This document shows, in pieces, positions 1 to 8,494 of a DNA stretch of 64,000 bases. Location of the stretch: positions 4,222 through 68,221 of the forward strand of contig CALVNM010000001.1 in assembly GCA_944349735.1 (NCBI GenBank), read 5' to 3'. How positions within the stretch are numbered: position 1 is the stretch's first letter; the number at the start of each line of letters is the position of its first letter. The position numbers and the translations under genes are program-made. The DNA comes from an uncultured Clostridia bacterium (lineage in GTDB: Bacteria > Bacillota > Clostridia > Christensenellales > DTU072). A model generated the notes under the pieces. It did no database searches, was not told where the DNA came from, and saw only the letters and a list, made by a program, of their open reading frames with translations.

Positions 1-237
1 AAATTGCTGGCTGGCGCCGCCCTGTACGAACAATACGTCGTAATCGTCGCCTATGTTCATCAGTTTACGTAAAGAAGCGAGAGCTTCCTGATGGATCGCG
101 TCGTACCATTTGGAGCGGTGGCTCATTTCGGTTACGGACATGCCTGAGCCTTCGTAATCGAGAAAATCTTTCTGCGCGGAGAGTTTTACTTCTTCGGGCA
201 GCATGCTGGGACCTGCGGAAAAATTGTAAACTTTCAT
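1..237 (-). CDS. serC: Phosphoserine aminotransferase, N-terminal fragment (gene continues past the left edge)
   Basis: Truncated, so absent from the ORF track. Hand translation of the reverse strand from ATG at 237 gives [79 protein letters not shown], a canonical SerC N-terminus. SD AAGGAAGG lies just upstream (revcomp of ~243-250). Confidence 0.85.
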   Translation of the reverse strand, partial: MKVYNFSAGPSMLPEEVKLSAQKDFLDYEGSGMSVTEMSHRSKWYDAIHQEALASLRKLMNIGDDYDVLFVQGGASQQF

Positions 238-413
238 ATTATCCTTCCTTAAAGTTTAAGATATTAAGGAGATTATACAATAATTACTTCGGCGTGTCTA
301 TTATTCGGGGACATTTCCGAACGAAATATTGCTTGCTAAACGGTAATGATATAATATATAATATATACGGAATTTGTGCGCCGCGCGTATACGCGCCGCG
401 CTTAGAAATAAAT

Positions 414-2309
414 ATGGAAGGGACAAACTTGGTAAGAACCGACAAAAAGGAAACGAAAAAGGATAAAAGGCGTTCTACACGCGCCGATGCCGCAGGCTCG
501 GACACTACGGCGAGGAGCCGTAAGAGAACTAATATTAAGGGCGGGCGCAACGCGTCCGAGGAAAGCGTAAAGAAAACAGACTCTGTCGCGGGCGAGAAGC
601 GCAACGTGAGGGCGTCCGATAAAGAAGGCGGCAAGAGAAGGGGCGGAAAAGGTCTGACGCGTTACTCCGGAGCCGAAAAGCTCAAGATAATATTCCTCGG
701 CGGCGTAGGCGAGATAGGCAAAAACATGACCGCTCTCGAGTACGGCGACACTATTATCGTAGTGGACGCTGGCATGGCATTCCCCGATAACGAGATCACG
801 CCCGGGATAGATTCCATAATACCGGATTACGCTTATCTCGAAGAAAACCGCTCTAAAGTCAAAGCGGTCATGCTTACGCACGCTCACGAAGATCACCTCG
901 GCGGACTGCCGTATTTTCTCAAAGACTTTCCCGTTCCCGTGTACGGCAGCAACGTGTCGTGCGCATTCCTCGAACATAAACTCCGCCGCAACAAGTTCAA
1001 GGAAGCCAACTGTAAAGTCGTAGAGGACGGCGAGATCGCGGAAATAGGACCTTTCAAGGTGGAATTCGTCGCCGTCACGCATTCCGTGGCAGGCTCGCTC
1101 GCGCTCTCTATTGAGACGCCGAAAGGAGTGGTGTTTTTCACCGGCGATTTCAAGATCGACCATACGCCCGTAGACGGCAGGCATATAGCGCTGACGCGGA
1201 TAGCGGAGATAGGCAAGCGCGGAGTAAAACTCCTTCTTCAGGACAGCACCAACGTAGAGCGCAGAGGATATTCGATGAGCGAGTCGGCGGTCGGCAAAAG
1301 TCTCGACGCCGTATTTAACGACAACCGCATGAACAGGATCATCGTAGCGACTTTCGCAAGCAATATCCACCGCGTTCAGCAGATAATCGACGTCGCCATC
1401 AAATACGGAAGGAAGATAGCGCTTAGCGGCAAGAGTATGCAGTATATGACCGAGATCGCTCAGAAGATCAAGGAACTCCGATTCCCGCAGGACAAGGTGA
1501 TCGATTTCGATAAAGTAAGCGGCGTTCCGTACGATAAGGTATGCATAATAGCTACGGGTACGCAGGGCGAGCCGGAAAGCGCGCTCACGAGAATGAGTCA
1601 GGACGACTTCAAGAAGATCGTGATAGGGGAAAACGATACCGTTATACTCTCCGCGTCTCCCATACCCGGTAACGAGCGCAGCATATATAAAGTCATTAAC
1701 AATCTTTCCAAGAAAGGGGCAAAAGTTATATACGAAAGCCTCTACGAAGTACACAGCTCCGGACACGCGTGTCAGGAAGAGCTTAAGATGATGATGGCTT
1801 TGATCAAGCCGGAGTACTTTATGCCCGTGCACGGCGAGTACCGTCACCTGAAGAAGCACGCGGAGCTTGCCGAGACGATGGGGATACCGAGAGATCATAT
1901 AATGATACCCGAACTCGGATATGTGGTCGAAGTCGGCGAGGCGGGACTCAAGCGTCTCGACAACGTCAAGTCCGGCGCGGTTATGCTTGTGGGCGATACC
2001 GAGGAGGGCGAAGAGACCCTCATCGACAGGCGCAAGATAGCGTCCGAAGGTATAGTCATCGCCGTGGTCAACGTACCCGACGATGAGGATACCGAGGGCA
2101 GTATCGACATATTGTGCAAGGGCACTCAGATACCGGAAAAGCTTCTTGCCGAAATAAAGAGCGCGGTCCAGTACAAGATAGCCGGCGGAGATTTCCGCGA
2201 GCTGACCGCAGAGGACATGGACAAATCCGTGCGCAAGACTATGACAAAGATGTTCTATAACCGTCTCAAACGTTGCCCTCTGATAGTTCCTATCATAATA
2301 ACTTCGTGA
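414..2309 (+). CDS. rnj: Ribonuclease J (metallo-beta-lactamase / beta-CASP RNase) with a ~88 aa basic N-terminal extension
   Basis: Track ORF 294..2309. KLKIIFLGGVGEIGKNMTALEY, HAHEDHLGG (HxHxDH) and a beta-CASP/C-terminal domain are typical of RNase J1/J2. Start is uncertain: ATG 414 has no SD, and in-frame TTG 429 is preceded by GGAAGGGA (416-423). ATG 294 is unlikely because it lies in an AT-rich promoter-like region. Confidence 0.9.
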   Translation: MEGTNLVRTDKKETKKDKRRSTRADAAGSDTTARSRKRTNIKGGRNASEESVKKTDSVAGEKRNVRASDKEGGKRRGGKGLTRYSGAEKLKIIFLGGVGEIGKNMTALEYGDTIIVVDAGMAFPDNEITPGIDSIIPDYAYLEENRSKVKAVMLTHAHEDHLGGLPYFLKDFPVPVYGSNVSCAFLEHKLRRNKFKEANCKVVEDGEIAEIGPFKVEFVAVTHSVAGSLALSIETPKGVVFFTGDFKIDHTPVDGRHIALTRIAEIGKRGVKLLLQDSTNVERRGYSMSESAVGKSLDAVFNDNRMNRIIVATFASNIHRVQQIIDVAIKYGRKIALSGKSMQYMTEIAQKIKELRFPQDKVIDFDKVSGVPYDKVCIIATGTQGEPESALTRMSQDDFKKIVIGENDTVILSASPIPGNERSIYKVINNLSKKGAKVIYESLYEVHSSGHACQEELKMMMALIKPEYFMPVHGEYRHLKKHAELAETMGIPRDHIMIPELGYVVEVGEAGLKRLDNVKSGAVMLVGDTEEGEETLIDRRKIASEGIVIAVVNVPDDEDTEGSIDILCKGTQIPEKLLAEIKSAVQYKIAGGDFRELTAEDMDKSVRKTMTKMFYNRLKRCPLIVPIIITS

Positions 2310-2363
2310 GGACTTAAGAAGCGGTAGTATTTCGGAAACAGAATCAACCTATCACGGGAAAAT

Positions 2364-3437
2364 ATGCTTAACAAAAAAACCGTACTTATCTTCACCGACG
2401 CGTCTAGAGCGTTGAGCGCGTCAGCCGTCAAGGAACAGATACTCGATGAGATACCCGACGCCGTCGTGATAATAATCGACGACCTCGAGCTGCATGCCGA
2501 CGCTGTACGCGATTATATCGAGAACGTGTTCAAGCTTAAGGTGAATTTCGAGAAAAACCGCGCTATCCGCGAGGAGCGCAGATTGGCGCGTAAGATAGAC
2601 GAGACGCCGAAGTCGACCAACATTTTCAAACTCCAGAATTCATATAAGAAAATGGAGAATATTTTCAACCGTTATACGCCCGATCTCGTGGTGACGATAG
2701 GATACGGCGCCTTCAACGAGGCCGTAGCGGTTAGAGACAAGCTGAACGCTAAGACCAGGATCGCGTCCGTCATAGACGATTACGCTCTCAACAGACAACT
2801 GATAAACACTTATATCGACGCTTACGTAGTGGAGAACATGGCGGTCAAGACCACGCTAGTCAATAATTATGTCAAGGAGTCGCGCATCTCGCTTGCGGAC
2901 ATACCCGTAAGAAAGAGCTTCCGCGAAGCTCCGCCGCAAAACAAGGTAGCGGAGGATATGAAACTGGAAAGAAAACTGCCCACGTTGCTCTGCGTTGCAT
3001 GCTCGGATAAAGGCGTCGACGTAGCGGAATTCGAGACGCTCGCCGCGTACAAAGACAAATTCAATATCCTTGTATATACAGGCACAAACAGAGCGATGTA
3101 TTCGGCTTCGGCGGGGCTGGGGCTTGCCGCGTATAACGAAGGAACCGCGTTGGAGATATTGTATTCGGCGGCAGACGTGGTGCTTACGCCCCCCGATTCT
3201 TATTACGTCGCGGCAGCCAGGGAGACCGGTAAACTGATAGCGTTATGGGAAGCTTCCTGCGCGATAGAGAGGCGTAACGCGGCGTTCCTTGCGGGCTTTG
3301 TGATCGACTGTTCCGACAGGCACAGACTAAACAGATTTTTGAGGCATTATCCCGACGAAAGATTCGAAGCGGTGCGTAAACACGCCATTCGTCAATCGAT
3401 TAAAAGCGCTGGCAAAGAACTTGTAAAATTGATATAA
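2364..3437 (+). CDS. Hypothetical protein, GT-B fold / MGDG-synthase (UgtP)-like by eye, lacking the usual catalytic glycine-rich motifs
   Basis: 357 aa ORF. The block order (KTVLIFTD..., YTPDLVVTIGYG, IASVIDDYALNRQLINTYIDAYVVENMAVK...IPVR, LLCVACSDKG, ADVVLTPPDSYYVAAARETG) resembles UgtP/MGDG synthase as I remember it. The G-loop (GxGH) and PGG..E motifs are replaced. Confidence 0.35.
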   Translation: MLNKKTVLIFTDASRALSASAVKEQILDEIPDAVVIIIDDLELHADAVRDYIENVFKLKVNFEKNRAIREERRLARKIDETPKSTNIFKLQNSYKKMENIFNRYTPDLVVTIGYGAFNEAVAVRDKLNAKTRIASVIDDYALNRQLINTYIDAYVVENMAVKTTLVNNYVKESRISLADIPVRKSFREAPPQNKVAEDMKLERKLPTLLCVACSDKGVDVAEFETLAAYKDKFNILVYTGTNRAMYSASAGLGLAAYNEGTALEILYSAADVVLTPPDSYYVAAARETGKLIALWEASCAIERRNAAFLAGFVIDCSDRHRLNRFLRHYPDERFEAVRKHAIRQSIKSAGKELVKLI

Positions 3438-3498
3438 AGGAAACCCAACACCGCGATAAGGTATCCCTTAGCGGCGTATTTCGATAAGTACCCTTTAA

Positions 3499-3524
3499 CG
3501 ACGGACGTCGGCAGACGTCCGTCG
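3499..3524. terminator. Perfect 11-bp GC-rich hairpin between convergent genes (candidate bidirectional terminator)
   Basis: CGACGGACGTC (3499-3509), loop GGCA, GACGTCCGTCG (3514-3524). It lies between the stop at 3437 (+) and the stop at 3547 (-). There is no clear U-tract on either side. Confidence 0.45.
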
Positions 3525-3546
3525 CGTTATAGGAAAGGAGCGTTTC

Positions 3547-4170
3547 TCAGTCGTCCAGCCTGTCGGCTTCGAACATATGCGCCATCTTGCTCTTACGTCC
3601 GCTTTTCTTTTCCGCAAGGTCGAGGAAAAGTCGGGTCAGGGCATACATCGTAAACGCCGTTCCGCAAGCTACCATCGTCCAGTCGAATCCGTAATTGAGA
3701 CCGATAGGCGAGCCGATCTGAACGAGCAGGTTGGCAAGCAGCATCGCTATCGACGAGGCGAGGAAAGCGTATTTGCCGTTACGTGCCACAAGGAATGTTA
3801 TCGTTCCGAGTACCAGAGCGTAGACATAGTTCGTAGTTCCGAAGAATTCGTTTCCGCTCAGGAGGCTCAGTCTCGTTGCGGCGTAAATAAGTCCGCCGAG
3901 TATAAGTCCCAATGCCATCGCCGCCATCTGGGTAGGGAATTTACCGTAGACGAAGAACATCACGAACGTAGTAAGATAGAAAAGGGCGGTGCCTACGCTG
4001 AAAGTAAATTCGCCTATTGTAATGATGGGTACGAAGTTAAGTCCTATCACCAGAGCGAAAAACGCGAGCGCGGCTATCCAGTTGATGCGGAAGTCTTTGA
4101 GAACGGGTCTGCCGAGACCGACGAGGACCATGAGTCCCAAAACTCCGAGAATGATCATACTGACTAACAT
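3547..4170 (-). CDS. Hypothetical polytopic membrane protein (about 6 TM segments, basic/acidic cytoplasmic tail)
   Basis: 207 aa ORF that is strongly hydrophobic throughout (MLVSMIILGVLGLMVLVGLG...). The opposite-strand ORF 3577..4167 is a shadow. No family recognised. Confidence 0.6.
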   Translation of the reverse strand: MLVSMIILGVLGLMVLVGLGRPVLKDFRINWIAALAFFALVIGLNFVPIITIGEFTFSVGTALFYLTTFVMFFVYGKFPTQMAAMALGLILGGLIYAATRLSLLSGNEFFGTTNYVYALVLGTITFLVARNGKYAFLASSIAMLLANLLVQIGSPIGLNYGFDWTMVACGTAFTMYALTRLFLDLAEKKSGRKSKMAHMFEADRLDD

Positions 4171-4285
4171 AATAATTCACCTCTCGGGTATATTTTGTCC
4201 CGCATCGCCGTAAATATACGTCCCGTTCTGCGGGTATTGCATTTAAGGCGGAACTATAGTAAAATAAATTAAATTATAGCTGTAT

Positions 4286-6331
4286 ATGTACGGAGCTTTT
4301 ATGAGGAAAGATACAAACGGTGCAATCGAGCGATCGACGTATATCGACAGAAAAAAACGGTTATTCGATATTATATGTCTCGGCGTTTCCGCGGCGCTTG
4401 CGGCGGTCACTCTCGGCACGGGATACGTAAGCCTCGCGCTATTCAATATAGTCGTCGCCATGGCGGCGGCTGTACTTGTTTTTATCCGCGCTTTACGCGA
4501 TAAAGGCGTTCCGCTGTATCTATGGATAGCGTATCTGGTCTCCGTGGGCGGGGTATTCCTTCTGTTCACGATAAGAGGTGCGGACGATTTCGGCAAGCGC
4601 CTTTGGTGGAATCTCGTGCTTTCCGCGGGACCGGTTATCTGCGCCTTGCTTGTATTTTTTGCGGATAAGATCACTCCCGAGAAATTCCGTAAAGTTTTTA
4701 TGACGTGTACGGCTGTGCTTATGGCAGGTACCGCCGCGGTATATTTCTTCTTCATGAGTCTCAGAATAACGCCTACGGCGGAAAGCTTGCAGAAAGGGCA
4801 TGACGAATATCTGGGCAGGATAGCGGCTACCAAAGCGTCACCCGACGCGCCCAACGTGCTGGTTATACTTATGGACGACATGGCGTATTCGGATATTTCG
4901 CTCTACAGTTATCTCGGAAGCGAGAACGCCACGATAAATACACCCAATATCGACAGGATAGCGGATAACGGGATAGTCATGGATAATTTCTATTCCTCGT
5001 CTCCGGTGTGTTCTCCTTCTCGCTTCAGCATACTTACCGGCAGATACTCTTCGCGCGGTTATCTCGATAACGTCGTATTCCCCACTACCGTGGAGTCCGA
5101 TCCTTATTCTTTCACGCATTTCGTCAATCCTTATCAATTCCTCAATAACGTGGACGGCATACTCGGCGACGAAATTACGTTTGCGGAAGTGTTGCAGGCG
5201 AGAGGGTACAATACAGCTTGTATAGGTAAATGGAATCTCGGTGATTACGGCGAATATCTGCCGACCAATCAGGGATTCGATCTCTTTTACGGAAGTTATT
5301 ACGTCAACGACATGACTCCGTATAACTGGGTGCGCGATACTGGCGGAAATCATCCCGATGGCGAGACACACGCCGAGATCCGTACGCATGAAGAAAACCT
5401 CGATCAATCGGAAAGCACGCGGATATTTACGGAAGAAATGATAAAATTTATCGAGTCAAGCGTGGATTCGGGTGAAAAATTCCTCGCATATTACACTACT
5501 CCTTGGCCGCATTGGCCGCTGTTCTCCGACAATAACGGGAACGGTAAGGGCGATACTACCGACGACACGTATATAGACTGTATAGAGGAATTCGACAAGT
5601 ACTTGGGAGAAATACTCGACGCGCTCGAGCGTAAAGGCGTATACGACGATACCCTTATCGTATTTACGAGCGATAACGGACCCGGGCGCGAAGGCGTCAC
5701 GGGCGCGCTGCGCGGACGTAAAAACACCACCTTCGACGGCGGTATGAAAGTGCCGCTCATAGCGAGCTATCCCAACGGCGGATTAGGCGAGGGCACTGCC
5801 GTCGAGAGCGAGGATTTCAGCTATTTCGAATGGGTTAAAGGAGAGGACGGCAGGTATTCCGGAGAGGTGACGGAACGCACCGGAAGTACGAAGCACATAT
5901 TAGCAAGTTCCATGAATTTCGACTTGTTCGCAACGATCCTCGATTATTGCGGGGTCAACGAGCTTCCTTCGGACAGAATAATAGACGGAGTAAGTCTGAG
6001 AGAGCTTTGGTCCGGTAACGTCAGCGCCGATACCCGCGTACACGACATGCTGTTCTATCAGAAAAAGGGCAAGACTCAGGGAATACAGATGGCGGCGGAA
6101 TCGGAGGGTAAAGTGTACGACTTCAAGTATTACGACCGCGTACATACCGAAAATTCGGCATTTATAGATCAATTCTACAATAATTATCTCTTCAATCTAG
6201 ATCTCGATCCTGCGGAAGGCTACGACATATCAAAGAGCTATCCCGAGATAGCCGCGAAACTGAGATCGGAACTTGAAGCATTCCGTAAGGAGATGAAAGA
6301 AAATCGCCGCGGCATAGTGGATAAGGAGTAG
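4286..6331 (+). CDS. Cys-type (formylglycine) sulfatase with an N-terminal 5-TM membrane anchor
   Basis: Sulfatase signature SSSPVCSPSRFSILTGRY, with Cys codon TGT at 5009-5011. Metal ligands DDMAYSD and FTSDNGP are present, as are GKWNLG and RGRKNTTFDGGMKVP. Residues ~25-160 form five hydrophobic helices. The start may be ATG 4301, which is preceded by GGAG. A candidate promoter is TTGCAT-N17-TAAAAT at ~4229-4257. Confidence 0.85.
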   Translation: MYGAFMRKDTNGAIERSTYIDRKKRLFDIICLGVSAALAAVTLGTGYVSLALFNIVVAMAAAVLVFIRALRDKGVPLYLWIAYLVSVGGVFLLFTIRGADDFGKRLWWNLVLSAGPVICALLVFFADKITPEKFRKVFMTCTAVLMAGTAAVYFFFMSLRITPTAESLQKGHDEYLGRIAATKASPDAPNVLVILMDDMAYSDISLYSYLGSENATINTPNIDRIADNGIVMDNFYSSSPVCSPSRFSILTGRYSSRGYLDNVVFPTTVESDPYSFTHFVNPYQFLNNVDGILGDEITFAEVLQARGYNTACIGKWNLGDYGEYLPTNQGFDLFYGSYYVNDMTPYNWVRDTGGNHPDGETHAEIRTHEENLDQSESTRIFTEEMIKFIESSVDSGEKFLAYYTTPWPHWPLFSDNNGNGKGDTTDDTYIDCIEEFDKYLGEILDALERKGVYDDTLIVFTSDNGPGREGVTGALRGRKNTTFDGGMKVPLIASYPNGGLGEGTAVESEDFSYFEWVKGEDGRYSGEVTERTGSTKHILASSMNFDLFATILDYCGVNELPSDRIIDGVSLRELWSGNVSADTRVHDMLFYQKKGKTQGIQMAAESEGKVYDFKYYDRVHTENSAFIDQFYNNYLFNLDLDPAEGYDISKSYPEIAAKLRSELEAFRKEMKENRRGIVDKE

Positions 6332-6335
6332 TACG

Positions 6336-7457
6336 GTGAAACCGCTCTCGTTGATGCTTAAGCCTGCCTCTTCGGAATGCAATCTCGCGTGCAAGTACTG
6401 TTTCTATCATTCGCTGTGCGCTACGCGTTCCGCGCCGTCTCACGGGCTAATGAGCGAAGCTACGCTCGAGGAAACGGTAGAAAAAGCATTGAAATTTACG
6501 GGAAGGGCTCCGCTTTCGCTTGCCTTTCAAGGCGGAGAACCGCTGTTGAGAGGAAAGGATTTTTTCCGTTATTTCGCAGAGCTATCGGCATTTTACGTTA
6601 AAAAGGGAGCTAAAATTAACGTAGGCATTCAGACGAACGGCACTCTTATAGACGAAGAGTGGTGCAATATTTTTGTCGACAACGGATGGCTGGTAGGGTT
6701 GTCTCTCGACGGCGACAGGGCTGCCAACGCATACCGAGTGGACAAAAACGGAGAAGAGATATTCGATCGCGTCGTTGCCGCAGCCCGTATTATGTCCGAG
6801 AAAAAAGCGCAATTCAATATTCTTACCGTGCTTACCGACCGCGTTGCCGTAAGAGCGGGCGAGATATACGATTATTTCAAAGCGTCGGGTTTCCGTTATC
6901 TTCAGTTCATACCATGCCTTAAGCCTTTCCGCTTTACCGAGGAAAGGAAAATATCGGATATTCCCGAATACTCGCCCTATGACGGGAGCGGAGAAAGTTG
7001 TTCGTTATCGTCATCGGGTTACGCGCGTTTTCTGAACGAATGCTTCGCCAGGTATTATGCCGATTACTTAAGAGGAGATTACGTGTCGGTAAGACTGTTC
7101 GACAATTTCGTGAGACTTGCGCGGTTCATGCCTGCGGAACAATGCGGAATGAACGGACATTGCACCCGTCAGTTCGTGATAGAAGGAGACGGAGAAGTAT
7201 ATCCGTGCGATTTTTACTGCATGGACGAATATTCCCTCGGCAACATACGTTCCGCGGACTTTTATGCACTGACCGAGAATCCGAAAGCTGCCGCGTTCAT
7301 ACGCGAGAGCATGGTAATCTCCGACGATTGCACAAAATGTAAATATTTCGCGTTGTGCTTCAACGGCTGTAAGCGCGAACGCCTCGACGTGGACAAGTGT
7401 AAGGCATATAAGGAGTTTTTCTCGAAAAATTCAGATAAACTCGTGAGGATGAAATAA
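6336..7457 (+). CDS. Anaerobic sulfatase-maturating enzyme (radical SAM, SPASM domain)
   Basis: The GTG start gives MKPLSLMLKPASSECNLACKYCFYHS, very close to the anSME N-terminus as I remember it from Clostridium perfringens. It has the CxxxCxxC radical-SAM motif, then auxiliary-cluster cysteines CGMNGHC...CDFYC and CTKCKYFALCFNGC. It starts 4 nt after the sulfatase stop. Confidence 0.9.
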   Translation: MKPLSLMLKPASSECNLACKYCFYHSLCATRSAPSHGLMSEATLEETVEKALKFTGRAPLSLAFQGGEPLLRGKDFFRYFAELSAFYVKKGAKINVGIQTNGTLIDEEWCNIFVDNGWLVGLSLDGDRAANAYRVDKNGEEIFDRVVAAARIMSEKKAQFNILTVLTDRVAVRAGEIYDYFKASGFRYLQFIPCLKPFRFTEERKISDIPEYSPYDGSGESCSLSSSGYARFLNECFARYYADYLRGDYVSVRLFDNFVRLARFMPAEQCGMNGHCTRQFVIEGDGEVYPCDFYCMDEYSLGNIRSADFYALTENPKAAAFIRESMVISDDCTKCKYFALCFNGCKRERLDVDKCKAYKEFFSKNSDKLVRMK

Positions 7458-7489
7458 AAGACGTTGAGAATGGCGGGTATGCCGTTTGG

Positions 7490-8476
7490 TCAATTATTCG
7501 GCGCGGAAGTCTCGCTTTCTTTGTCCGCGCGTAGGGGCGCAGGAAGGGCATAGATCGTTTTGTGCGCTTCACCTACGCGGATCTTTTTAAGTTTTACGGA
7601 GGAAAGTATTATCATATATACTCCCAATATAAGAGTTCCGCCAGCGATGAGAGCGCCGAGCGCGGCCACAACCTCCCACATGGTATATCCGTGGGCAAAA
7701 GGAATGATTATCGCTATCTGTAAGTTGAAAAGAGATATGAAGGCGATAACCGTATTGATATTTTTGAGAGCGAAAAGGACGGGTTCTTTGCGGTTGCGCG
7801 ATTTAGCCATGCCGGAGATCGCCACGCTGATTTTCGTTATCGCAAATATGCCGTTTATGACGATATTGAATATGCCGCCGCCCTTCGGATAGGCGCCGAT
7901 CGCCATTTGTATGATAGGTGCGACCATGACTCCGCTGACTATCGGTAGGCAGGCTCCTGTGACGAGGAAGATTATCCATTGTGCTTTTATGCCGCTTTTT
8001 TCGACGTGGAATTTATCCGAAATTATTATTGAGGATCTCAGAGCGTACAGAGCGGTGTACATGCCGAAAAGGGAGGCATACCAACTCGATCTGTGCGTTA
8101 TAGCCATTATCAGAAGATAAAGAATGAATCCGAGATTGAATACCGAAGTTACGAGCGTCAGAAACAAGACGCTGTATTTATAGTCGGACAGGAATTTGTC
8201 GAAAATACGAATCTTCCTCAGCGACGTCACGAAATCGCTTACGGCGAGTTCGGAAGCGGTCTGCCTGACCGCGTTTCTGAACACGAGAGCCAATATTATT
8301 GATGTCAATATAGACAGCCCGGTCAGAAAATATACCGATTTGACTATGTCGCTGAGACCGGTGCGGATACCGAAAAGGATGAGCGATACCGCGCTTAAGC
8401 ATAAAGCTACCGCCGCGGTCAGTATTACCGCGACGGATTTACCTTTGTTATGCGTATTTTTGCGGATCTCAGTCAA
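7490..8476 (-). CDS. Hypothetical polytopic membrane protein (about 8 TM)
   Basis: 328 aa hydrophobic ORF. The only available start is TTG at 8476 because an in-frame stop lies 18 nt upstream. It is AT-richer than its neighbours and sits 18 nt downstream of recR. No family recognised. Confidence 0.5.
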   Translation of the reverse strand: MTEIRKNTHNKGKSVAVILTAAVALCLSAVSLILFGIRTGLSDIVKSVYFLTGLSILTSIILALVFRNAVRQTASELAVSDFVTSLRKIRIFDKFLSDYKYSVLFLTLVTSVFNLGFILYLLIMAITHRSSWYASLFGMYTALYALRSSIIISDKFHVEKSGIKAQWIIFLVTGACLPIVSGVMVAPIIQMAIGAYPKGGGIFNIVINGIFAITKISVAISGMAKSRNRKEPVLFALKNINTVIAFISLFNLQIAIIIPFAHGYTMWEVVAALGALIAGGTLILGVYMIILSSVKLKKIRVGEAHKTIYALPAPLRADKESETSAPNN

Positions 8477-8494
8477 TAGTGTACCGTAGATTTA

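Noticed and set aside
402-1898. 498 aa minus-strand ORF, and the 116 aa ORF at 284..634
   Set aside because: Both are shadows of rnj. The plus-strand product has the HxHxDH and beta-CASP motifs.
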